60,569 nt of DNA from Candidatus Kapaibacterium sp. GTDB lineage: Bacteria > Bacteroidota > Ignavibacteria > Palsa-1295. The notes beneath the pieces were generated by a model that saw only the letters and a list, made by a program, of their open reading frames with translations, searched no databases and was not told the origin of the DNA. Location of the stretch: the NCBI GenBank assembly GCA_038229915.1, contig JBBRNY010000003.1:1-60569 (forward strand), written 5' to 3'. Position numbers and translations under genes: made by a program. Numbering within the stretch: position 1 is the stretch's first letter; each line of letters opens with the position of its first letter. Positions 35,628 to 43,885 of the stretch are shown piece after piece.

Positions 35628-37854
35628 TCCCGTTATCTCACCGAGTATTGAAGACCGATTTTTAGTCGAGGGGATGGACTGTGCGTCGTGCGTAAGTCGC
35701 ATCGAAACGACGATAAAAAAGCTTCCGGGTATCGAATCGGCATCAGTGAATCTCGCAACAGGTGAAGCGTGTGTGCTCTATCAACCAGAGCAGATCGGGT
35801 CGCAGAGCATTAAAGATGCTGTTGATCGTATCGGATATCATGCCGTTGATCTTCCGGCAACCCAAGAATCATTCGCCGCACTGGAAGTCAAACGTGCAAG
35901 CGATCATAAAAAAAGATTACGAGAATTTTATGTTGCCCTTACATTAACACTTCCGATCTTCGTGATCGAAATGTTTATGATCGAGTTTGCGGGAGTACGG
36001 TATCTTGAACTTGTTCTCGCAACGCCCGTCGTGTTTTGGTCAGGCGCACAATTTTTTATCGGAGCCTACAAAGCCGCTCGTGCTAAGACGGCGGAGATGA
36101 ATACGCTCGTCGCGCTTTCGACGGCATCGGCATATATTTTTAGCGTCATCGTTACTTTTTATCCTGCGCTGTTCTCTCAGCACGGCGAACATGCAACCGT
36201 GTATTTCGAAGCCGCAACCGTTATTATCACGCTTATTCTTTTAGGGCGATTGATGGAGCAACGCGCCAAAGGAAAAGCTTCCGAGGCAATGCGTTCGTTA
36301 CTTAAAACGCAGGCAACGACTGCGACGATCATCGTTAATAATTTGGCGCAAATTGTGGCGATCGAAAATGTGAAGATCGGCGATATTATTCGCGTTAATG
36401 CCGGAGAAAAAATACCCGTCGATGGTGTCATCACTTCGGGTACTGCAAACATTGACGAATCAATGATGACCGGCGAGTCGCAACCTCAGTCGCGCGAAAG
36501 CGGCAACGAAGTGATCGGCTCGACCAATCTTATTAGTGGAAGTATCGAATATCGTGCGACTCGCGTCGGCGAGAATACTGTTCTTCGTCAGATCGTTCGT
36601 CTTGTCGAAAAAGCACAAGGCTCGAAGGCTCCGATAGCGCGGCTTGCTGATGTGATCAGCGGATATTTTGTCCAAGCTGTTCTCGCCATCGCAATTATTT
36701 CGGGCATCGTATGGTATTTTGTTGGTCCCGAACCACATCTAAATTTTGCGCTACTTATTTTCGTCTCGGTGCTGATCATTGCTTGTCCGTGCGCCCTTGG
36801 GCTTGCGACGCCTACGGCGATACTCGTCGCGACCGGAAGAGCCGGAGAACGGGGTATCCTCATTAAAAATGGTGAAGCACTTGAGAATGCTCACAAACTC
36901 GACACGATCATTCTTGATAAAACAGGGACCATCACGACTGGTGTGCCTGTGCTTGAGCGAATCATTGTCGAAAATGGCTTTGACGAAAATACTGTGCTCT
37001 CGCTTGCCGCATCAGTCGAGCTCAAGTCATCGCATCCGCTTGCAAAAGCAATTGTCAGAAATGCCGAAGAGAAAAAACTCTCAGTTGCTACTGCCGAACA
37101 ATTTGCAATGACTGAAGGCAAGGGGATATCAGCGACGGTCAAAAATAAAAAACTTCTGCTCGGAAATTTCGAATTTCTCAAGAGCAATGAAATTATAACC
37201 GAGCAACATCGAAAGCAATATGACGCATTAACACTTGGCGGAGCTTCTGTGATCTTGATGAGCATTGATGCTCAGTTTGCGGGATGGTTGGTCATCGAGC
37301 ATTCAATTCGCGAGTCCGTCGCAAAAGCAGTCGCGTCGCTCAAAGCTTTGGGACTTGAAGTAGTGATGCTTACCGGAGATAATGAAGATTCGGCACGTGA
37401 GATCGCATCGCGTGTTGGCATTACTAATGTACTTGCGAATGTATTGCCTTATCAAAAAGCAGAACACGTCAGGTTGCTTCAGCAGTCAGGAAAAAAAGTT
37501 GGGATGGTTGGCGACGGTATCAATGATGCACCCGCACTTGCACAAGCTGATGTCGGTTTTGCGATCGGTAGTGGGACAGATGTTGCGATCGAAGCAAGTG
37601 ACATTACACTCATTCGCGGTGATCTTGGTGGTGTCGTTGAAGCGATCGAATTGTCAAAAAAGACAATGCGCATCATTAAACAAAATCTTTTTTCAAGTTT
37701 TCTCTACAATTCACTTGGCATTCCTATCGCGGCGGGATTATTATTCCCGGTGTTTGGATTACTCCTCAACCCGATGATCGGATCTGCGGCAATGGCTCTA
37801 AGCGATGTTAGTGTGATCTTAAATAGTCTTCGGTTGAAGAAATTTAGAGCGTAA
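35617..37854 (+). CDS. copA: Copper-translocating P1B-type ATPase
   Basis: N-terminal HMA motif GMDCASCV, transmembrane CPC (IACPCALGLATP), DKTGTIT and GDGINDAP. ATG 35617 overlaps the end of copZ. Confidence 0.95.
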   Translation: MSGNPVISPSIEDRFLVEGMDCASCVSRIETTIKKLPGIESASVNLATGEACVLYQPEQIGSQSIKDAVDRIGYHAVDLPATQESFAALEVKRASDHKKRLREFYVALTLTLPIFVIEMFMIEFAGVRYLELVLATPVVFWSGAQFFIGAYKAARAKTAEMNTLVALSTASAYIFSVIVTFYPALFSQHGEHATVYFEAATVIITLILLGRLMEQRAKGKASEAMRSLLKTQATTATIIVNNLAQIVAIENVKIGDIIRVNAGEKIPVDGVITSGTANIDESMMTGESQPQSRESGNEVIGSTNLISGSIEYRATRVGENTVLRQIVRLVEKAQGSKAPIARLADVISGYFVQAVLAIAIISGIVWYFVGPEPHLNFALLIFVSVLIIACPCALGLATPTAILVATGRAGERGILIKNGEALENAHKLDTIILDKTGTITTGVPVLERIIVENGFDENTVLSLAASVELKSSHPLAKAIVRNAEEKKLSVATAEQFAMTEGKGISATVKNKKLLLGNFEFLKSNEIITEQHRKQYDALTLGGASVILMSIDAQFAGWLVIEHSIRESVAKAVASLKALGLEVVMLTGDNEDSAREIASRVGITNVLANVLPYQKAEHVRLLQQSGKKVGMVGDGINDAPALAQADVGFAIGSGTDVAIEASDITLIRGDLGGVVEAIELSKKTMRIIKQNLFSSFLYNSLGIPIAAGLLFPVFGLLLNPMIGSAAMALSDVSVILNSLRLKKFRA

Positions 37855-37903
37855 ATTATTCGAACAAGTATTGTAGTTTTGGAGTATGATATTGTTTGGC
37901 AAT

Positions 37904-37933
37904 AAAAAAGGCGACTTTGGGTCGCCTTTTTTT
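37904..37933. terminator. Bidirectional terminator between copA and sdhD
   Basis: AAAAAAGGCGAC-TTTGG-GTCGCCTTTTTTT. Confidence 0.85.
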
Positions 37934-37950
37934 ATTGATGCAATATTCTT

Positions 37951-38337
37951 TTACGGCTTCAATGGGTCAAACGTGAACACTGTATTATATCCGATGCCTA
38001 AGAAAATAAAGGCGAGGATGACGAGTGTTCCGATGAGGGTATAGCTGAGCCAAGGTTTAAGTTTGAAGTCGCGAATGACATTCCAACAACCTTGCACACC
38101 ATGATACATTCCTATCGTAATAAAAGCGAGGTACATACCTTTGAATACGGGGTTGCTCAGTCTTGCGGCTGTTGAACCGTAATCGTGCCCGCTCGATGGC
38201 TCGTAGTGCATCATAATATAATGCCCAACCGTCAGCACGACTAATGCCAAGCCGGTGATACGTTGCCACATCCAAGCGCTGGCGCCGGATTTCTTGCCTC
38301 TTGCGTAGGAGCGAAGATGTTTTGTTTCTTTATCCAT
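37951..38337 (-). CDS. sdhD: Succinate dehydrogenase hydrophobic membrane anchor subunit
   Basis: 128 aa with three TM helices. WMWQRITGLALVVLTVGHYIMMH and MYHGVQGCWNVIRDF. Directly downstream of sdhC. Confidence 0.7.
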   Translation of the reverse strand: MDKETKHLRSYARGKKSGASAWMWQRITGLALVVLTVGHYIMMHYEPSSGHDYGSTAARLSNPVFKGMYLAFITIGMYHGVQGCWNVIRDFKLKPWLSYTLIGTLVILAFIFLGIGYNTVFTFDPLKP

Positions 38338-38349
38338 GGTCGTAACGCT

Positions 38350-38766
38350 TTAGAGAATTGGATGACCGAAAAGTTCGGTCTGAAAGATTAGGATGAACAT
38401 CAAGAGCACGACTGCAATACCCACAGTCCATACTGCTTTGAGCAATGATTTCTGATACTTTGCACCGCTACCGAGATCAACAACAGCGATACGAATACCA
38501 TTGAACGCATGCCACATTACCAACAAACCAAGCAACCACTCGGCAAGTTTGAACGGTGGGGTGGTGAAGGTTTTCATTTCTGCGGCGAACGCGGCGTTGC
38601 CTTTGGTCAGGGATGAAAGTGCCCAAATATGAACGAAGAGATAGACCGTGAGCCCAATGCCGGTGATACGATGCAATAAGAATGCCCACGAACCGCCGTT
38701 ACGTTTGTATTTCATCATGATCCGAGACCATGACCCGATCGGCTCTCTATTTGGAATATATGCCAT
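38350..38766 (-). CDS. sdhC: Succinate dehydrogenase cytochrome b556 subunit
   Basis: WAFLLHRITGIGLTVYLFVHI and WHAFNGIRIAVVDLG (H..G.R....D) motifs. Three TM helices. Confidence 0.8.
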   Translation of the reverse strand: MAYIPNREPIGSWSRIMMKYKRNGGSWAFLLHRITGIGLTVYLFVHIWALSSLTKGNAAFAAEMKTFTTPPFKLAEWLLGLLVMWHAFNGIRIAVVDLGSGAKYQKSLLKAVWTVGIAVVLLMFILIFQTELFGHPIL

Positions 38767-38862
38767 TTCGTTGGAAAGTAATTTCTACAAATTTACGACA
38801 TTGGCGAGCCTAAAACAGGAATTTGGGGAATAGTGACTATTGACCAATGAGAGGATCATCTA

Positions 38863-39720
38863 TTATTTCACACGTAATGTCGTCAGCAAACAGCCTACCA
38901 ATGCCAGCGATGCGCCAAGGATAATATTTGCGGCAAATAGGATGACGATGTTTTCTTGGCTGATCGCGCCGAGCGATAGTTCGGGGGCGATGCGCGGCAA
39001 TGCAAATTCGTGAAGCGAGAACACCGCACCTGCGGCGGCGAGACCGCCGATAATACCGGATGCCATACCTTCAAGACAATACGGCAAGATGATCGTCCGA
39101 CGTGCGGCGCCGAGCATCGACATTGCTTTGATCGTGTCGCGTCGCGACTCCATCGCCAGTCGGGCAAGACTGCCGGCGAGAGCTATCGAGACCAACAATA
39201 AAAAACCACCAAGTGAATATGTCAGTGTCAGCAGAGTTTTCTTTTTTGCTTCGAGTGAAGTTAGTGTTTTTCCGTCGAAAATAACCTCCTTGATGCCTTC
39301 TCTGGTTTTGAGTGCCGAAATAATTTCTGCGGCACGACGGGTGCTCAGTGATAAAAACGTCATTCGCATTCCGGCAGGAAGCGGGTTGTAGCCCACTACC
39401 TTTTCCAGATCTTCGCTTGAATAGGAAGTGTATTCGTGAAGCGCTTCTTCTTTCGAAATAAATTTTTTGGTCGTGATGTCCGAGAAAGACCTCACGATCT
39501 GCTGATACATCACTTCAGCAGAATCTGAATGTATCGTCGGATCGAAGTATGCTTCGATAGGAAGTTTGCTGCGGTAGTCTTCGAGACTTTCGGAAGTGCG
39601 AACCGAGAGCAATGCGAAAATCCCCACCAGCGCCAACGAGATCGCGATCACCGTTGCTGTCAGGATCGAGAGCATCGGTGTCCGACGCATTGCCGCAAGT
39701 GCTTCGCGAATTATGAGCAT
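38863..39720 (-). CDS. ftsX: Cell-division permease-like protein FtsX
   Basis: N-terminus IREALAAMRRTPMLSILTATVIAISLALVG, a periplasmic loop, then three C-terminal TM helices. Confidence 0.8.
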   Translation of the reverse strand: MLIIREALAAMRRTPMLSILTATVIAISLALVGIFALLSVRTSESLEDYRSKLPIEAYFDPTIHSDSAEVMYQQIVRSFSDITTKKFISKEEALHEYTSYSSEDLEKVVGYNPLPAGMRMTFLSLSTRRAAEIISALKTREGIKEVIFDGKTLTSLEAKKKTLLTLTYSLGGFLLLVSIALAGSLARLAMESRRDTIKAMSMLGAARRTIILPYCLEGMASGIIGGLAAAGAVFSLHEFALPRIAPELSLGAISQENIVILFAANIILGASLALVGCLLTTLRVK

Positions 39721-39741
39721 TATTCTTCCTAAAAAAAATTG

Positions 39742-40518
39742 CTAAAAATTTGTCTTCCAGCCGTCACGAAGCTTCGAGAGGAATTCGTGATTGGTCAGGT
39801 CATAATGCAATGGGCTTACGGTGATCTTGTTGTGCTCGATGGCAATGTCATCGGACTCCTCGTTGGAGTCAACAATATGATAGGTCCCTCGAAGCCAGTA
39901 GTATGGGCGTTCGTGTGGGTCGAGTCGGCGTTCGAACGTATCATCCCAATATGAATTGCCTTGACGTGTATAGACCATTCCTTGAATTTGCTCAGGCGGA
40001 AGAGCGGGGCAATTTACATTCAGGAGTGTCCCTTTGGGTAAGCCTTGCTCGGCGACATACGGCGCAAAGCGTTTGATAAAATCAGCTGCGCCCGAAAAAT
40101 CAGCACCCTCGTGGTAGCTTGCAAGAGAAACCGCGATAGCCGGAACACCGAGAACGGTTGCTTCAGTAGCGGCACTGACGGTGCCCGAATAAATAATATT
40201 CACGGCGGTATTACGACCGTGATTGATACCACTGACCACAAGATCGGGTTGCGGCAAGCCTTTCTCACGTAGAAACGTACTCAGCCCGAGCTTCACACAA
40301 TCGGCGGGAGTGCCATCGACGGCAAAACCGAAGAACTCGTCGTTTTTTTGGATCTCGCTTACTCGCAGTGGCAACGTCATTGTCAGCGCATGACCCACCG
40401 CAGACTGCTCGCCGAGCGGAGCCATCACGATCACATCGGCAACTTCTTTGAGCGCACCAACCAATGCGGCGATACCGCGAGCATTGATGCCATCGTCATT
40501 CGTAACAAGGATATTCAT
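39742..40518 (-). CDS. surE: 5'/3'-nucleotidase SurE
   Basis: MNILVTNDDGI N-terminus and SGINHGRN motif. Confidence 0.95.
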   Translation of the reverse strand: MNILVTNDDGINARGIAALVGALKEVADVIVMAPLGEQSAVGHALTMTLPLRVSEIQKNDEFFGFAVDGTPADCVKLGLSTFLREKGLPQPDLVVSGINHGRNTAVNIIYSGTVSAATEATVLGVPAIAVSLASYHEGADFSGAADFIKRFAPYVAEQGLPKGTLLNVNCPALPPEQIQGMVYTRQGNSYWDDTFERRLDPHERPYYWLRGTYHIVDSNEESDDIAIEHNKITVSPLHYDLTNHEFLSKLRDGWKTNF

Positions 40519-40653
40519 AAGAATACAAAAATACGAGATATTATGATACTATAAACAAGTATGGTTTATTCATAACAAATAAAATGAACTTCCGAAAAGA
40601 AAATTTCGTAGGTAATAGAGCATCTTTTCACCCTTTAGCATAAAACTACAAAT

Positions 40654-40827
40654 ATGAAAAACAGCACAGTTCTCTTTCGCCTTTTCGCACTACTTGCGCT
40701 TGGTTCGATGCCCGGTTGCCAACTCATCGGAGATATTTTCAAAGCCGGTGCGGTGTTTGGTATCTTGATCGTCGTTGCTATTATCGGGCTCATTATGTTT
40801 ATTGTAAGCAAGATGGGTAAGAAATAA
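40654..40827 (+). CDS. 57-aa lipoprotein / single-TM membrane protein, absent from the ORF track (below 60 aa)
   Basis: My own translation is MKNSTVLFRLFALLALGSMPGCQLIGDIFKAGAVFGILIVVAIIGLIMFIVSKMGKK, with lipobox SMPGC, one TM helix and a basic end. Confidence 0.55.
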   Translation: MKNSTVLFRLFALLALGSMPGCQLIGDIFKAGAVFGILIVVAIIGLIMFIVSKMGKK

Positions 40828-40853
40828 AAATCAGCTTATAAAAAAAAAGTTCA

Positions 40854-41405
40854 ATGAAAACAATTCTTGTATTTGTAACGACGCTCGATGGCAAAGTCAC
40901 GAAGTGGTTTGATCCGCATATATGGCAATGGTCGTCGAAAGAAGACCAAGCCTACTTTAAGCAGATCTGGAAAGACTACAAGCTCTTTATTATGGGCAGT
41001 GGTACGTTCAACTTCGACCCCGTGAAGCCGAACCCGGATTATCTTTTGACGATCATGACCCACGAGCCTGAGAAATACGAACAATATGTCACGAAAGGGC
41101 AGGTTGAATTCACGAGCGAGAGCGCCAAAGAAATTTCAGAACGCTTTAAAAAACAGGGGTATGAAACGATGGTCGTCGTGGGTGGACCTCACATCGCAAC
41201 GGCATTCCTCAAAGAACAACTGATCGATGAAGTTTGGCTGACGCTCGAACCAAAAATTTTCGGCACCGGCGGCAACTTCGTCATCGAAGAGCCACTCGAC
41301 GTCAACCTAAAACAACTCAGCTGCGAAAAAGTAAACGAACAGGGGACGATGATCACGAAGTATGCGGTGGTGAAAAAAGAAATGGCTCACCCTAATGTCT
41401 TATGA
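40854..41405 (+). CDS. Dihydrofolate-reductase-like / RibD C-terminal domain family protein
   Basis: MKTILVFVTTLDGKV and VVVGGPHIATAFLKEQLIDEVWLTLEPKIFGTG. Confidence 0.75.
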   Translation: MKTILVFVTTLDGKVTKWFDPHIWQWSSKEDQAYFKQIWKDYKLFIMGSGTFNFDPVKPNPDYLLTIMTHEPEKYEQYVTKGQVEFTSESAKEISERFKKQGYETMVVVGGPHIATAFLKEQLIDEVWLTLEPKIFGTGGNFVIEEPLDVNLKQLSCEKVNEQGTMITKYAVVKKEMAHPNVL

Positions 41406-41880
41406 TGAGTGTGAGAATACTTTTATTACGATCTAATATAATGTATAAAAAGTATATTCCTGTACGAAAAGAGGAAGTATCTATATTTGCCTCTTGCGAT
41501 GTAAGTGTGTAAGTGCATTCTAAATGGCGCCCCAAGTAGTCAAATATTTCAATTCTTTCAAGATCTGCAAAGCTTTTATTCAACAAAGTAACTTTACTGT
41601 CTGCTGGATTGGGAAACAGTGAATAAACCCGTTTATTAAACTGATAGTTATAGTCATCAGAATTAAGCCTATTATTAATTAATGAATCAAACAGTATCGT
41701 ACGTTTTTCAACACACACTAATGAGTCTTGGCATCCAAAATCAACAGTATCTATATTGGGCTTCGTCGATTTCTGATTTCTAACGAGATATACTTCTTTA
41801 CTAAAGGTCTGAGAGTATCCGACAGTGCAGACAAAAAAAGACTGAATAAGTAACGGAATAAAAATAATTTTATACCACAT
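41392..41880 (-). CDS. Small secreted protein with a T9SS C-terminal sorting domain (AT-rich operon, gene 3)
   Basis: Signal peptide MWYKIIFIPLLIQSFFVCTVGYSQ. CTD YSLFPNPADSKVTLL...IEIFDYLGRHL...GIYFLYIILD...LTLIIRH. The start lies 2 nt after the upstream stop. Confidence 0.7.
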   Translation of the reverse strand: MWYKIIFIPLLIQSFFVCTVGYSQTFSKEVYLVRNQKSTKPNIDTVDFGCQDSLVCVEKRTILFDSLINNRLNSDDYNYQFNKRVYSLFPNPADSKVTLLNKSFADLERIEIFDYLGRHLECTYTLTSQEANIDTSSFRTGIYFLYIILDRNKSILTLIIRH

Positions 41881-41882
41881 TA

Positions 41883-43196
41883 TTAACGACCATCCAAATA
41901 TGGAATAATTGCATTAGAAAGCTCATCATAAAGACTGTTCGAGTAACCACTTGATATCATGCGAATTTTCCTTTCTCTATCAATTAGGATGAAAGTTGGA
42001 TACCCATGAATTCCTATGGACTTAAGTTTTTCTTTTTCTATCGAGTATATGGGATAAGTAATGGTATCTCTCATACTAGCAGCTTGAATTTCCTTGAAGT
42101 TATCTTGTGGGTTAATTCCTACAATTGATAACCCTCTATCGCCAAAAGTTCTCTGCAACTTCTTCAAAGCTGGTATTGCTAAATGACAAGGCATACACGA
42201 ATTATAGGAAAAATCAAGCAAAATGACAGATTTAGGAAGATCATAAATTGTAAGTTCACTATTATTGGAGGAAGTAATTGTAATGTGGGGAAAATATTTG
42301 TTGTTGTAATCGAAAATCTCGGCATTTTTCTCAATATTTTTGGGAGTCGCTACAGGTGCCCCGAATTTGGTAGTATACATATATAAGGTATCATCAAAGA
42401 TTTTTTGTATATTTCGTGGGAATTCTGATTCATGAAAATACTTAAGGATTGCTATCGTTTTCATTGTGTCTTTTTCTACAAAAGTATAATTCTCCTCCCG
42501 AAGTAATATTTGCTCAGTTGTATCAAAGTAGTTTAGTGCCTTGCCACCTGAAAGAATTTTATTCCCATTCTCATCTAATGCGCCTATAAAGGCAATTTTT
42601 ACTTGAACACTATCCTTGCTTTTTAACGAATATCTATACCGTATCCCATTGATAATAGTATCATTTAACCGTAAATCGTGCTCGGTTGTTTTTCCTTTTT
42701 GCCGTAACAAAGAATAGACAAGCGGTTGAGATTCAAAATAGGTCTTTAATTCTTCCCAGCTCGATTCTTCAGTAAAAATCATGTTCTTTTTATCTTGGAT
42801 GCTATAAAATTTATGCCCATCAAAAAGTGAAATAGATATTCCTTTATGATTGATACCTTCGCTACGAACTAAAAATTTATAGCTTGCCGAATCAATTTGT
42901 TGAAAAATTATCTTGACTTTAAAAATGAAATCCTCCAATTTATACAGAGGATGACTGGTCACTTCAACCTCAATTTCGCCGCTATATAATGAATAGGTGG
43001 GTAACTTGGCATAGGTGAACACCTCTTTTTTAGAAGTAACGGAACCTGCTTTTAGGGGGTGAAATAGAAAAAAAAACAAAGCAAATGTCAAACAAAGTGA
43101 GATAGACTTTAATACAGAAATATCTCTTGGCAGAGAATAAAAAAAATTTCTGCCAAGAAATAAATAATAATTGTATTTAGATGTTTCTGGAGCCAT
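41883..43196 (-). CDS. TlpA/ResA-like thioredoxin-fold thiol:disulfide oxidoreductase with a ~290-aa N-terminal domain of unknown function (gene 2)
   Basis: VILLDFSYNSCMPCHLAIPALKKL (CxxC) and GYPTFILID. N-terminal membrane anchor. TAATG overlap with gene 1. Confidence 0.75.
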   Translation of the reverse strand: MAPETSKYNYYLFLGRNFFYSLPRDISVLKSISLCLTFALFFFLFHPLKAGSVTSKKEVFTYAKLPTYSLYSGEIEVEVTSHPLYKLEDFIFKVKIIFQQIDSASYKFLVRSEGINHKGISISLFDGHKFYSIQDKKNMIFTEESSWEELKTYFESQPLVYSLLRQKGKTTEHDLRLNDTIINGIRYRYSLKSKDSVQVKIAFIGALDENGNKILSGGKALNYFDTTEQILLREENYTFVEKDTMKTIAILKYFHESEFPRNIQKIFDDTLYMYTTKFGAPVATPKNIEKNAEIFDYNNKYFPHITITSSNNSELTIYDLPKSVILLDFSYNSCMPCHLAIPALKKLQRTFGDRGLSIVGINPQDNFKEIQAASMRDTITYPIYSIEKEKLKSIGIHGYPTFILIDRERKIRMISSGYSNSLYDELSNAIIPYLDGR

Positions 43197-43741
43197 TATT
43201 GGTATAGTGTTCCATTGTAATATACCTTGTCGGATGTCAAGAAAAGATTACCTTGGTACACTGAACTTCCGAACCCTGTAATTTCACAATTATAACAGCC
43301 ATCACAGCATGCTCTAACAACTGGTATTGTCTGTGTTACATAGACATTGCATTGGCCTGTCTGAGTTTGCCCCTCTGCATTTTTACATATACAAGTAAAT
43401 GGCCCAGTAGATCCTCCTCCAGCAATTACTGAAGGGTTACTTGAAGTGTCGAATGGTATTTGCCAATTCGTATGTCCATTATTGTTTAGTGTAACTGAGT
43501 TGGAATTATAGCTTGCCGGATTCATGAAAAACATAAATCCAGTATCGTTTGAAGGGGTTACGGTTGATGTTGTGACTCGAACACTACCATTCCCACTATC
43601 AATCAGAAGCATTTGAACTACAGTTGTATGACCGGGCAGGTATGACCTAAATGTATAACTTGTTACAGTTGCACTTGCTTGAGTATAGAGTGCTGTTAAA
43701 AGTAACAAACACAATGCGAAGTAAACAGAAATTGTCTTCAT
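43196..43741 (-). CDS. Secreted Cys-rich protein of unknown function (gene 1)
   Basis: Signal peptide MKTISVYFALCLLLLTALYTQASA. Eight Cys within about 40 aa near the C-terminus (CICKNAEGQTQTGQCNVYVTQTIPVVRACCDGCYNC). Confidence 0.65.
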   Translation of the reverse strand: MKTISVYFALCLLLLTALYTQASATVTSYTFRSYLPGHTTVVQMLLIDSGNGSVRVTTSTVTPSNDTGFMFFMNPASYNSNSVTLNNNGHTNWQIPFDTSSNPSVIAGGGSTGPFTCICKNAEGQTQTGQCNVYVTQTIPVVRACCDGCYNCEITGFGSSVYQGNLFLTSDKVYYNGTLYQ

Positions 43742-43790
43742 GACCTTCTCCTTATTAGGATGATGAACAAATAAATATGATTTTATTTGA

Positions 43791-43838
43791 TAGGCCTATC
43801 TTGCAATAGGCCTATCTTGCAATAGGCCTATCTTGCAA
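43791..43838. repeat. Three perfect tandem copies of the 16-bp unit TAGGCCTATCTTGCAA, each containing the 10-bp palindrome ATAGGCCTAT; operator-like
   Basis: Read directly. The copies are at 43791-43806, 43807-43822 and 43823-43838, which is 50-97 nt upstream of the start codon at 43741 (minus strand). Confidence 0.9.
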
Positions 43839-43885
43839 TTTAAGAAAGTATTAGTTTTTGTCTAAAGTTCCTTGAAAAAATATTT

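Noticed and set aside
43791-43838. Possibility that the tandem repeat is a small CRISPR array.
   Set aside because: The units are directly abutting 16-mers with no spacers, far shorter than CRISPR repeats, and no cas genes are present.
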